44,760 nucleotides of DNA from Verrucomicrobiia bacterium (GCA_035503995.1 DATJSQ010000070.1:1-44760), one strand, 5' to 3'; positions 9,170 to 19,565 are shown, numbered from the stretch's first letter. Notes: generated by a model from the letters alone, not told the origin. Program-made: numbers and translations.

Positions 9170-9727
9170 TCACTCCTTCTCCTCGTTCCACCTTGGAGCC
9201 AACCGATTATCAATTCCCAGATGGTCGAGCACCCGCGCCACCACCGTGTCCGCCAGTTCGACAACGGTTTTTGCGCCCGCATAAAAACAGGGATTTGCCG
9301 GCAAAACAATCGCGCCTGCCAGCAGCAGAAGCTCCATGTTCTTCACATGCACCAGGCTCAATGGCGTCTCGCGCGGCACCAATATCAATTTCTTTTTTTC
9401 CTTCAGCACCACGTCGGCCGCGCGCAACAGCACGTCCTCGCTGCAGCCATGCGCAATGCGCCCCATCGTGCCCATCGTGCAGGGAATCACCACCATCGCC
9501 TCCGGCGGATTCGAGCCGCTGGCGAATGGCGCGTTCATGCTTTTCAGCGAGTGCGACTTGATGCCGTCCGGCAATTTGAGTCCGCCGGGCAGTTCCTCCG
9601 CAATCACCTGTTGCGCGTAGTTGCTTTGGACGAGGTGAATTTCGTGGCGGCGCGCATCCAAATTATCGAGCAATCGCTGCGCGTAAATCGCGCCGCTGGC
9701 TCCGGTGATGGCCACGAGGATTTTCAA
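9170..9727 (-). CDS. ubiX: Flavin prenyltransferase UbiX (MqnL-like)
   Basis: 185 aa. MKILVAITGASGAIYA... and ...VIPCTMGTMGRIAHG... are typical of UbiX/Pad1. Apparent TTG start. Confidence 0.9.
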   Translation of the reverse strand: MKILVAITGASGAIYAQRLLDNLDARRHEIHLVQSNYAQQVIAEELPGGLKLPDGIKSHSLKSMNAPFASGSNPPEAMVVIPCTMGTMGRIAHGCSEDVLLRAADVVLKEKKKLILVPRETPLSLVHVKNMELLLLAGAIVLPANPCFYAGAKTVVELADTVVARVLDHLGIDNRLAPRWNEEKE

Positions 9728-11018
9728 ATGCTTGAATCGTTCAACGAAATTATGGCCGAGGCGCCGGGTCGGGACAAGTCCTCAACGGATTGCGGGAAGG
9801 GATTCCTTTTGTTATTCCGTTCTTTGCGCGGCCACGGCAAGACGCCACCTGTATTTGTTGTGCGGGTGGCTATGGTACCTGGGAACTCTCGTACCGGTCA
9901 TTGGTCTGGTGCAGGTTGGAGCGCAATCATCGGCGGACCGTTATACTTACATGCCGCTGATTGGATTGTTTATAATGGGCGTCTGGGCTGCGGATGATTT
10001 TATGGCTGGATTGAAGTTTCGCAAATGGATTGCCGTTTTGGGGTCAGTGGCAATCCTCTCGTTCTGCGCGGCGGTGACGGCCTGGCAGATCCAGTTTTGG
10101 AGAAACGGCGTCGCCCTCTTTGATCGGGCGCTGGCTGTGACCGCGAACAATCCCGTCGCGCAAAACGATTTGGCGGCCGCGCTGGTTGCGGACGGCGACC
10201 TGCAGGAAGCCCTTCCGCATTATGAGGCGGCCGCGCGGCTTGCTCCAGACAATACGCTGATCCAAAATAATTTCGGCGTCGCATTGGCGCGGGACGGGAT
10301 GACGAACGCCGCCATTGCCCATTATGAAATGGCCGTTCAGATCCAAACAAATTATGCGGATGCATACAACAACCTCGGCGTGGCGCTGACCGGGCAGGGG
10401 GGTTTTGGCGACGCCATTTCCGCCCTAGACCGCGCATCGGCGATCGAGCCGGACAACGCCGGCGTCCATGAGAACCTGGGTGCGGTTCAGATGCTTATAA
10501 ACCAGTCTGAGGATGCACTTGAGCAATATCGCCAAGCCGCCGCCCTTGCTCCCCGGGACGCCGTTATCCATCTCAATTTCGGCCTTGCGCTGTTAAAAGC
10601 CGGCTTAATTCCTCAAGCCGCCGGGGAATTTTCCAATGCGGTGAGCCTGGATGCTTCTTCGCCCGAGGCGCAATATCAATTGGGCTGCTGTCTGGCCATT
10701 CTCCGCCAACCCGAGGCCGCCGTTGCTCATTTGCGCGAAGCGGCGCGGTTGCAACCCGATTGGACCGAGCCACTCAATGCAATGGCATGGATACTGGCGA
10801 CGGACGGCGACGCGCAAATCCGCAACGGGCGGGAAGCGGTGCGTCTGGCGAAAACCCTGGCCGCGGCATACGCGGAAACCGGGTGGTTTGCTGAGGCCAC
10901 CAATGTCGCCGGCCAGGCCATCGAACTCGCGCAACAGTCCGGCCAAAGCAATCTCATGGCGCAGATTGAGTCGCTCCTGACGCTCTATCAACATGGGCGG
11001 CCGTTTCATCACCAGTGA
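9705..11018 (+). CDS. TPR-repeat protein retaining only the last TM helices of a PMT/GT39-like membrane domain (apparently N-terminally truncated)
   Basis: The segment LLCGWLWYLGTLVPVIGLVQVGAQSSADRYTYMPLIGLF is, in my recollection, the C-terminal end of a roughly 400-aa glycosyltransferase-like membrane domain in full-length homologs. At least 6 TPR units follow (..AIAHYEMAVQIQTNYADAYNNLGVAL..). The ORF 5' end overlaps ubiX on the opposite strand, so no room exists for the missing domain. Confidence 0.7.
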   Translation: MMATRIFKCLNRSTKLWPRRRVGTSPQRIAGRDSFCYSVLCAATARRHLYLLCGWLWYLGTLVPVIGLVQVGAQSSADRYTYMPLIGLFIMGVWAADDFMAGLKFRKWIAVLGSVAILSFCAAVTAWQIQFWRNGVALFDRALAVTANNPVAQNDLAAALVADGDLQEALPHYEAAARLAPDNTLIQNNFGVALARDGMTNAAIAHYEMAVQIQTNYADAYNNLGVALTGQGGFGDAISALDRASAIEPDNAGVHENLGAVQMLINQSEDALEQYRQAAALAPRDAVIHLNFGLALLKAGLIPQAAGEFSNAVSLDASSPEAQYQLGCCLAILRQPEAAVAHLREAARLQPDWTEPLNAMAWILATDGDAQIRNGREAVRLAKTLAAAYAETGWFAEATNVAGQAIELAQQSGQSNLMAQIESLLTLYQHGRPFHHQ

Positions 11019-11066
11019 AATCGCGAATCCGCTTGAGTCCGGCCGGCCGTTCCGCACAATGAGCGC

Positions 11067-12206
11067 GTGTTTAAATTTGCAGGAATTATTTTTGTGCTGG
11101 CGGTTTTTCTGGCCGGTTGTTCAACCTCGCCTTCCAGGCCCCCCTCAACCGTTGAGGAGGCGGCGACAAACCCAATCCCGTCAACCCTCAACTGGACGAA
11201 CCCCGGCCCGCTTCCGTCGTTCCCCTCGCCCCAATGGCAGGAACCCGAGGCGCCGCTGCTGCATTCAAACATCCCGCCGCCAATTGCCCGGGGACCCGCC
11301 CCGCCGGTGAATACTTGGGCGCCCGTCCGTGAATGGGCCGCCGCTCATCACGTCGGCGCGCCGCACCGCCTCGCCGATCTCTCCGTCACCGCCTACGCCG
11401 TCGGTTCACAGTACGGCACAATGGTCCTGGAAATCGGCAGCATCGAGGCCACCTGGAACGGTGTTATCGTCAATCTGGGCTTCGCGCCACAGTTGATTGA
11501 CGGCGAGATTTGCCTGGACAGGCTCGATTTGAAAAAAAATCTCGAGCCGCTTTTGTGCGGTCCGCCGCTCGCATTTGGGAAAGACCCGATCATCGTGATT
11601 GATCCCGGCCATGGCGGTTCCAATACCGGCACTCACAGTGTTTTGGACGGGCGCTTTGAAAAAGAATTCACGCTCGATCTCGCCCGCCGCCTCAAACCCC
11701 TGCTCGAATCCAACGGCTGGACCGTCGTACTTACTCGCGACAGCGACACGTTTGTCCCCAACCCATACCGTGTCGTCTTTGCCCGGCAGCATCACGCGGA
11801 TGTCTTTATCAGCCTGCACTTTAATTCCGCCGCGCCCGACACCAAACAGGCCGGCCTGGAAATATATTGCTTCACCCCAACCGGAATGCCCTCCACCGTC
11901 ACGCGCGGATACTCCGATCCGTGGGGCGAAAAACTGTCGAGTAATGATTTCGACGCGCAGAATCTGCAACTGGCCGTGAAGCTGCAAGGCGCTTTGCTGC
12001 ACGCCATTGGAATGAAAGACCGCGGCGTGCGCCGGGCGCGATACATTGAAGTGCTGCGCGGACAAGAATGCCCGGCCGTATTGATCGAGAATGGTTATCT
12101 CTCCAACCCCACGGAGGCCAGACTGATTGAAAGCCCGGACTATCGGCAAAAATTGGCGGAAGCGATCGCCGCCGCCTTAGGCAGGGGGAACGAGGATGCA
12201 AAATAG
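11067..12206 (+). CDS. N-acetylmuramoyl-L-alanine amidase (Amidase_3, AmiC-like) lipoprotein
   Basis: GTG start. Signal peptide with lipobox (FLAGCS), then a Pro-rich linker. Amidase_3 core: IVIDPGHGGSNTG...ADVFISLHFNS...VLIENGYLSNP. Confidence 0.88.
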   Translation: MFKFAGIIFVLAVFLAGCSTSPSRPPSTVEEAATNPIPSTLNWTNPGPLPSFPSPQWQEPEAPLLHSNIPPPIARGPAPPVNTWAPVREWAAAHHVGAPHRLADLSVTAYAVGSQYGTMVLEIGSIEATWNGVIVNLGFAPQLIDGEICLDRLDLKKNLEPLLCGPPLAFGKDPIIVIDPGHGGSNTGTHSVLDGRFEKEFTLDLARRLKPLLESNGWTVVLTRDSDTFVPNPYRVVFARQHHADVFISLHFNSAAPDTKQAGLEIYCFTPTGMPSTVTRGYSDPWGEKLSSNDFDAQNLQLAVKLQGALLHAIGMKDRGVRRARYIEVLRGQECPAVLIENGYLSNPTEARLIESPDYRQKLAEAIAAALGRGNEDAK

Positions 12207-12336
12207 AAGGCGGAGGATGGATGATGCGAATGATTCAAGGATTCAAACGAATGGATGCCGCCTGGCATAGTATTGGAGCCATGGTCAATGAGATGATCGC
12301 GCGCGCCGATGATTTCCGCGGCACACGCCGAAGCTG

Positions 12337-13317
<981 letters not shown>

Positions 13318-13326
13318 ATTCAGCGT

Positions 13327-14355
13327 CTAAAAGAAGCGCGATTGATTCCCCCCCGCCATTTTCAATCCGAGCTTTTTATAACTCAATTCCGTCGCCACCC
13401 GGCCTTGCGGCGTCCGATTCAAGAACCCTTCCATGATCAAGTACGGCTCATAGACTTCTTCAATCGTATCGGGCTCTTCGCCGACGGCGACGGCGAGGGA
13501 ATTGACGCCCACCGGTCCGCCGCTAAATTTGACGATGATGGTCTCCAGAATCCGCTTGTCCATTTCATCCAGGCCATTGTGGTCAATCTCCAGCATCGCC
13601 AGGGCGCGGTCGGCAATTTCCGCGGAAATCCTTCCGTCATGCCGCACTTGGGCGTAATCACGGACCCGGCGAAGCAAATTGTTCGCAATGCGCGGGGTGC
13701 CGCGGCTGCGGCGGGCAATCTCATGGGCGCCGGCTTTTTCGATTTCCACGTTCAACAATTTGGCCGAGCGCAGAATGATTGTTTCCAAATCTTCGGCCAC
13801 GTAATAATCCAGCCGCTCGCGCACGGCGAAGCGCGTCAGCAAGGGCGCGGAGAGGAGGCCGCTGCGCGTCGTCGCGCCAATGAGCGTAAAGCGCGGCAAA
13901 TTGAGGCGCACGCTGCGGGCGTTCGGCCCCTGGTCAATAATGATGTCCAATTTGAAATCTTCCATCGCCGGATAAAGATATTCCTCGATGGTCTTCTGCA
14001 ACCGATGAATTTCGTCAATGAACAGCACGTCGCCTTCTTCCAGATTGGTCAGCAACCCCGCCAGGTCGCCGGCCTTTTCAATGGTTGGGCCGCTGGTGCT
14101 TTTCATGTTGGCGCCCATTGATTTTGCCAAAATATGTGCGAGTGTCGTTTTGCCAAGGCCGGGAGGGCCATTTAACAAGATATGATCGAGGCATTCCTTG
14201 CGTTTTTTCGCCGCAGCAACGGCGATTTCCAGCCGCTCCTTCACTTTGGGTTGTCCGGTGAATTCGGAAAAGAGCGACGGCCGCAGCGTCAGTTCGAGCG
14301 CGGTGTCGGGTTTGTTCAGCGTGGAAACGGGGTGTTCGGCCATTTCCAGCAGCAT
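13327..14355 (-). CDS. ruvB: Holliday junction branch migration ATPase RuvB
   Basis: [19 protein letters not shown], Walker [12 protein letters not shown], Walker [10 protein letters not shown], and the [15 protein letters not shown] sensor region. Start is uncertain (ATG 14355 or 14343; the ORF track starts at TTG 14379). Confidence 0.95.
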   Translation of the reverse strand: MLLEMAEHPVSTLNKPDTALELTLRPSLFSEFTGQPKVKERLEIAVAAAKKRKECLDHILLNGPPGLGKTTLAHILAKSMGANMKSTSGPTIEKAGDLAGLLTNLEEGDVLFIDEIHRLQKTIEEYLYPAMEDFKLDIIIDQGPNARSVRLNLPRFTLIGATTRSGLLSAPLLTRFAVRERLDYYVAEDLETIILRSAKLLNVEIEKAGAHEIARRSRGTPRIANNLLRRVRDYAQVRHDGRISAEIADRALAMLEIDHNGLDEMDKRILETIIVKFSGGPVGVNSLAVAVGEEPDTIEEVYEPYLIMEGFLNRTPQGRVATELSYKKLGLKMAGGNQSRFF

Positions 14356-14440
14356 GAGACAAGCACTGCGCGGCGGCAAGCGCGATTCGGGCGGCTTCGG
14401 AAAGAAATCGCCCTTTCCCGATCGTATTTTTAACTAAAAA

Positions 14441-16966
14441 ATGCTGGAAAAACCTTCTGGCCTTATGCAAACTGCGCGTCCGTTTGGACTTATGGGAATG
14501 ATTAAAAAAGCTATTGGAGGCGCCGTCGCTTGGGCAATCACCGCCTGCGCGGCAAATGCCTTTGCCGGTGAAACTGACATCAATCTGCCGTCATTGGACG
14601 TGTCTTACGTTCATGGCGGCTTGAACGGCCACGCCATTTTGTACTTCGGCCTGGCGGTGTGCGCCATCGGCGCGCTGTTCGGCATCTTTCAATATCAACA
14701 GACGCGCGCTCTCCCGGTGCATAAAACAATGGGCGACGTTTCCAATATCATTTGGGAAACGTGCAAAACCTATTTGCAGCAACAGGGCAAATTTCTCGGC
14801 GCGCTCTGGATTCTCATCGCGATATGCATGATTTATTATTTCGCCGTTCTGCAGCGCAACTCGGCGGGCAATGTTTTGATTATTTTGGCCTGCTCCATCC
14901 TGGGCATCCTCGGCAGCTACGGCGTCGCCTGGTTCGGCATCCGCATCAATACGACTGCCAACTCCCGCGCCGCCTTCGCCTCGCTCAAAGGCGATTCCCT
15001 CAAAACCCTGTTTATTCCCCTCAAAGCCGGCATGAGCATCGGTCTGCTCCTCGTCTGTGTCGAGCTGTTTTGCATGATTTGCATCCTTGTTTTCATCCCG
15101 CGCGAACTCGCCGGCCCATGCTTCATCGGATTCGCCATCGGCGAATCCCTCGGCGCCGCGGCCTTGCGCATCGGCGGCGGCATCTTCACCAAGATCGCTG
15201 ACATCGGCAGCGACCTCATGAAAATTGTCTTCAACCTGCCTGAAGACGATCCCAAGAATCCCGGCGTCATTGCCGATTGCACGGGGGACAATGCCGGCGA
15301 CTCCGTCGGTCCCACGGCGGACGGCTTCGAAACCTACGGCGTCACCAGCGTTGCGCTGATTGCTTTCATCGCCCTTGCGCTTGCGGCGCCGGACCTGCAA
15401 GTGCAGGGAGGCAAATTGATTATCTGGTTGTTTGCCATTCAAAGTTTAATGGTTCTTGCCTCTCTCGCCGCATTTTACCTGAACACATTTGTCAGCCACG
15501 CCCGTTATGGCGGCAAAAAGGATTTCAACTGGGAATCGCCGTTGACGGATCTGGTCTGGACCAATGGCATTATTGCCATCCTGACCGCTTTCGGCGCAAG
15601 CAAATTACTGCTCGGCGATTTTACCGGCAGCGACGGAGCGCCGCTCCAAAATCTTTGGTGGTCGCTGGCGGGGATCATGTCGTGCGGCGTGGTGGCCGCG
15701 GTATTCATCATGGAATTCACCAAAATTTTCGTCAGCACCAGTTCCCGCCACGTCAAGGAGGTCACCCGCTCTTCCGAACAGGGGGGCGCCTCGCTGAACA
15801 TTTTATCCGGCTTCGTGGCTGGAAATTTCGCGGCATTTTGGATGGGCCTGATCATTTTGACGTTGATGTTCATCGCTTATCTTTTCTCGCAAACCGGCGA
15901 TTTGACGCGGCTGATGCCCCCGGCCTTTGAGTTTGCGGCGCCGATTTTCGCATTTGGCCTCGTCGCCTTTGGCTTTCTGGCCATGGCCCCGGTGATTATT
16001 GCCGTGGATAGTTTCGGCCCGGTGACTGATAACGCCCAATCGGTTTATGAATTGAGCCGCATTGAGGCCGCCCCGGACATCGCCGCCGAGATTAAAAGAG
16101 ATTTTGGTTTCGATCCCGCCTTTCACCAGGCCAAACTCGAATTGGAAAAGGGTGACGGCGCCGGCAACACTTTCAAGGCCACCGCCAAACCCGTCCTGAT
16201 CGGTACCGCCGTCGTCGGCGCCACCACGATGATTTTCGGCATTGTGATGCTGCTCGAAAAGACTTTTGGCGGCGCCGTCGCCAGCTTGAGCCTGATTCAG
16301 CCCCAAATTGTCTTCGGCTTGCTCATGGGCGGCGCGGTGATTTATTGGTTTACCGGCGCCAGCACCCAGGCCGTCGTCACGGGCGCTTATCGCGCGGTCG
16401 TCTTCATCAAGAAAAATCTCAACCTCGAAAAATCCGCCGCTTCCATTTCCGACAGCAAAAAAGTCGTCGGGATTTGCACACAGTATGCCCAGCGCGGCCT
16501 CATCAATATCTTCGTGGTGGTGTTTTCGCTGGCGCTCGGCCTGCCGTTTTTCAACCAGTATTTCTTCATCGGCTATCTCATTGGCATCGCCTTCTTTGGA
16601 TTGTTCCAGGCCATCTTCATGGCCAATGCCGGTGGCGCGTGGGACAATGCCAAGAAAATCGTCGAAGTGGATTTACGCCAGAAAGGCACCGAATTGCATG
16701 CTGCCACTGTCGTCGGTGACACCGTCGGAGACCCATTCAAGGACACGAGTTCCGTGGCAATGAACCCCATCATCAAGTTCACCACCCTTTTTGGTCTGCT
16801 CGCGACTGAAATCGCCGTGACGATGAAGAAAGCCGCCATTCAGGCCCATTCCACGTCTCATACCTCCTGGCTGATTGGGGGCGTTTGCCTCCTCGTCGCG
16901 CTCATCTTCGTCTATCGCTCATTCTACGCAATGCGGATCCCCGAGGACAAAACCGTCGCCAAATAA
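14441..16966 (+). CDS. hppA: Membrane-bound ion-translocating pyrophosphatase (M-PPase), divergent and long (841 aa)
   Basis: Polytopic protein with signature blocks GGIFTKIADIGSDL, PEDDPKNPGVIADCTGDNAGDSVGP, ANAGGAWDNAKK and GDTVGDPFKDTS. Confidence 0.9.
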   Translation: MLEKPSGLMQTARPFGLMGMIKKAIGGAVAWAITACAANAFAGETDINLPSLDVSYVHGGLNGHAILYFGLAVCAIGALFGIFQYQQTRALPVHKTMGDVSNIIWETCKTYLQQQGKFLGALWILIAICMIYYFAVLQRNSAGNVLIILACSILGILGSYGVAWFGIRINTTANSRAAFASLKGDSLKTLFIPLKAGMSIGLLLVCVELFCMICILVFIPRELAGPCFIGFAIGESLGAAALRIGGGIFTKIADIGSDLMKIVFNLPEDDPKNPGVIADCTGDNAGDSVGPTADGFETYGVTSVALIAFIALALAAPDLQVQGGKLIIWLFAIQSLMVLASLAAFYLNTFVSHARYGGKKDFNWESPLTDLVWTNGIIAILTAFGASKLLLGDFTGSDGAPLQNLWWSLAGIMSCGVVAAVFIMEFTKIFVSTSSRHVKEVTRSSEQGGASLNILSGFVAGNFAAFWMGLIILTLMFIAYLFSQTGDLTRLMPPAFEFAAPIFAFGLVAFGFLAMAPVIIAVDSFGPVTDNAQSVYELSRIEAAPDIAAEIKRDFGFDPAFHQAKLELEKGDGAGNTFKATAKPVLIGTAVVGATTMIFGIVMLLEKTFGGAVASLSLIQPQIVFGLLMGGAVIYWFTGASTQAVVTGAYRAVVFIKKNLNLEKSAASISDSKKVVGICTQYAQRGLINIFVVVFSLALGLPFFNQYFFIGYLIGIAFFGLFQAIFMANAGGAWDNAKKIVEVDLRQKGTELHAATVVGDTVGDPFKDTSSVAMNPIIKFTTLFGLLATEIAVTMKKAAIQAHSTSHTSWLIGGVCLLVALIFVYRSFYAMRIPEDKTVAK

Positions 16967-17004
16967 AACTCGAAAGTCGCTGCCAAAGGCCGCAAATTGT
17001 CGTC

Positions 17005-18162
17005 ATGCCTGTGATTCAGCGCTCGATTCGTGTTGGCTGGCAGTTGCGCGTTTTTTTCACCGAGGACGTCTTCGCGGAGAAGAACCTCGTGTTGAAAAAC
17101 GCGCTGGCCGACCACCTGCCGCGCAAGGTCATGGTTGTTCTGGAAGACGCGCTCGCACAGTCCCAGCCGACCCTTGAACGCCAGATCGAGTCCTATTTCG
17201 CGGTCCACGCCAAATCGTTACAGCTCGTCCGCTCGCCTTTGTTCGTCCCCGGCGGGGAAGCCGCGAAAAATTCCGTCACCATCGTCACAAACATCCTCTC
17301 GCAAATTGACCGCCATCACATTGACCGGCAGTCCTATGTGATTGCCGTGGGTGGAGGCGCGTTGCTGGATATCGCCGGATTTGCCGCCGCCACCGCCCAT
17401 CGTGGCGTCCGGCACGTTCGCATCCCCACCACCACCCTCGCCCAGGCCGATTCCGGTGTCGGCGTCAAAAACAGCATCAATGCCTTCGGAAAAAAAAATT
17501 TCGTCGGCACCTTCGCCCCGCCCTATGCCGTCATCAACGATTTCAACCTCCTGGCCACTCTCAAGCCGCGCGAGAAGCGCGCCGGTTATGTGGAAGCCGT
17601 CAAAGTCGCCTGCATCCGCGACGCTGGTTTTTTTGAGGAGATTGAGCGCGACGCGAGAAAATTGACTTCATTTGAGCCGGCGGCGATGAAAAAGCTTATC
17701 CGCCGCTGCGCCGAACTGCATTTGGACCACATTGCGACTGGCGGCGATCCGTTTGAAACCGGCTCGGCGCGCCCGCTTGATTTCGGCCATTGGTCCGCGC
17801 ACAAACTGGAGCAGCTCTCGAATTTCCGCATCCCCCATTCCGAGGCCGTCGCCATCGGCATCGCGCTCGACGTGATTTATTCGCGCGACACCGGATTGCT
17901 GGACAAGAAATCCTGTGAACGGGTCCTGAAACTGCTCGAACGGCTCGAGTTTAAATTGTTTGCCTGCGAATTGCTGAATCGCGGCCCGGCTGGCGAATTT
18001 CAGATTGTTTCGGGCCTCGAAGAATTCCGCGAACACCTCGGCGGTGAATTAACCGTGACCTTGCTCAAGGAAATCGGACGCGGCCTTGAAGTCCATGAAA
18101 TGATTCCGAAAAAGGTGATGGCGGCAATCCAGGAACTTCGTGAACGCGCCGGCGGGAAATGA
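17005..18162 (+). CDS. 3-dehydroquinate synthase-like sugar-phosphate cyclase (not obviously canonical AroB; EboD-like)
   Basis: GGGALLDIAGFAAATAHRGVRHVRIPTTTLAQADSGVGVKNSINAFGKKNFVGTF parallels the AroB nucleotide/substrate block. Metal ligands are plausible (E in YVEAVK; H..H in DFGHWSAHKLE). ATG 17005 chosen because the track start at 16885 overlaps hppA. Confidence 0.8.
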   Translation: MPVIQRSIRVGWQLRVFFTEDVFAEKNLVLKNALADHLPRKVMVVLEDALAQSQPTLERQIESYFAVHAKSLQLVRSPLFVPGGEAAKNSVTIVTNILSQIDRHHIDRQSYVIAVGGGALLDIAGFAAATAHRGVRHVRIPTTTLAQADSGVGVKNSINAFGKKNFVGTFAPPYAVINDFNLLATLKPREKRAGYVEAVKVACIRDAGFFEEIERDARKLTSFEPAAMKKLIRRCAELHLDHIATGGDPFETGSARPLDFGHWSAHKLEQLSNFRIPHSEAVAIGIALDVIYSRDTGLLDKKSCERVLKLLERLEFKLFACELLNRGPAGEFQIVSGLEEFREHLGGELTVTLLKEIGRGLEVHEMIPKKVMAAIQELRERAGGK

Positions 18163-19565
18163 ATCGCCTGGCCGTCATCAATGTCGCCGGCCTCACCAGC
18201 GCACTCGTCGGCGCACAGACGCCGCGCATCGCCGATTTCGCCAGGCGCGGCGCCCTCGCCCAAATCGCGCCCGCGTTCCCCGCCGTCACTTGCACCGCGC
18301 AGTCGAATTATCTGACCGGCGCGCCGCCGTCCCGGCACGGCATCGTCGGCAACGGGTGGTACAATCGCGAATTCGCCGAAGTCCAGTTCTGGAAACAGTC
18401 GAATCATTTGGTTGCCGGGCCGAAAATCTGGGACGGGCTTCATGCCTGCGGGCTGGATTTCACCTGCGCCAATCTCTTTTGGTGGTTCAACATGTATTCC
18501 GGCGTGGATTATTCCATCACCCCACGGCCGATTTACCGTGCCGATGGCGGGAAAATTTTCGACATCTATTCCTGGCCGTATTCCATCCGCGCGGAAATCA
18601 AGGAAGATTTGGGCGAATTTCCATTTTTTGGATTCTGGGGGCCTGCCGCGGGCGTAAGGACCCCACAAGGCGCCGCCGATTGCGCCTCGCGTTGGATTGC
18701 CGCAGCCGCCAAATGGGTTGAAAATAGATTTTCTCCCACGTTGAACCTGATTTACGTGCCGCATCTCGATTACAATTTGCAACGCAAGGGCACGGATAAC
18801 GCCATTGCCGCCGACTTGCGCGCCGTTGATTCCATTATCGGCGATTTAATTGATTTTTTTGGCAAAGCCGGCGTGCAGGTTGTCTTGCTTTCCGAATACG
18901 GGATTACCGGCGTGGACACGCCGATCCATCTGAACCGTTGGTTCCGGCAAAAGGGCTGGCTGGCTGTCAAAGATGAGCTGGGGTCGGAAATTCTCGATGC
19001 CGGCGCGAGCAAAGTTTTTGCCGTTGCTGATCATCAGGTCGCGCACATTTACTTGAACGACCCGTCGTTGGAATCAAAAGTGCGCGACGTGCTGGAGAAA
19101 CAGGTCGAAGTTGACGTGACGGTTCTCGGCGACAGGGAAAAGGCCGCCGAGGGCATTGATCACCCACGGGCCGGCGACCTCATCGCGGTCGCTCCGGAAA
19201 ACGCCTGGTTCACGTATTATTACTGGCTCGATGACGCGCGCGCGCCGGACTTTGCGCGCACCGTGGACATCCATCGCAAGCCCGGCTACGACCCCGTGGA
19301 ATTGTTTCTCGATCCCAAAATTACATCTGCAAAGCTGAGAATTGCCTGGCGTTTACTCCAAAAGAAGATTGGCTTTCGGATGTTGATGGATGTCATCTCA
19401 TTGGATGCGACATTGGTGAAAGGCTCGCATGGCCGGCGTCCGGCGGACAAAAAGGATTGGCCGGTCATCATCAGTCAACAGCCCGGTCTCTTAAGCGCCG
19501 GGGAAATCGAATCAACGGATGTCTATCAAATCCTACTGCGGCAGACTTTGGCCGAAACTATTTGA
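18159..19565 (+). CDS. Alkaline-phosphatase-superfamily protein (type I phosphodiesterase/nucleotide pyrophosphatase family; EboF-like)
   Basis: Its ATG overlaps the upstream stop (ATGA at 18159-18162). N-terminal block VINVAGLT...PAFPAVTCTAQSNYLTGAPPSRHGIVGNGWY carries the Thr-nucleophile context typical of PF01663-type enzymes. Confidence 0.75.
   Translation: MNRLAVINVAGLTSALVGAQTPRIADFARRGALAQIAPAFPAVTCTAQSNYLTGAPPSRHGIVGNGWYNREFAEVQFWKQSNHLVAGPKIWDGLHACGLDFTCANLFWWFNMYSGVDYSITPRPIYRADGGKIFDIYSWPYSIRAEIKEDLGEFPFFGFWGPAAGVRTPQGAADCASRWIAAAAKWVENRFSPTLNLIYVPHLDYNLQRKGTDNAIAADLRAVDSIIGDLIDFFGKAGVQVVLLSEYGITGVDTPIHLNRWFRQKGWLAVKDELGSEILDAGASKVFAVADHQVAHIYLNDPSLESKVRDVLEKQVEVDVTVLGDREKAAEGIDHPRAGDLIAVAPENAWFTYYYWLDDARAPDFARTVDIHRKPGYDPVELFLDPKITSAKLRIAWRLLQKKIGFRMLMDVISLDATLVKGSHGRRPADKKDWPVIISQQPGLLSAGEIESTDVYQILLRQTLAETI

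Noticed and set aside
9149-9997. 282-aa ORF on the plus strand
   Set aside because: It is antisense to ubiX and out of frame with the TPR gene. No motifs.
13342-14121. 259-aa ORF on the plus strand
   Set aside because: It is antisense to ruvB.
16885-17004. Upstream extension of the DHQS-like ORF
   Set aside because: It overlaps the 3' end of hppA by 82 nt and is Arg-rich. ATG 17005 lies 38 nt after the hppA stop.
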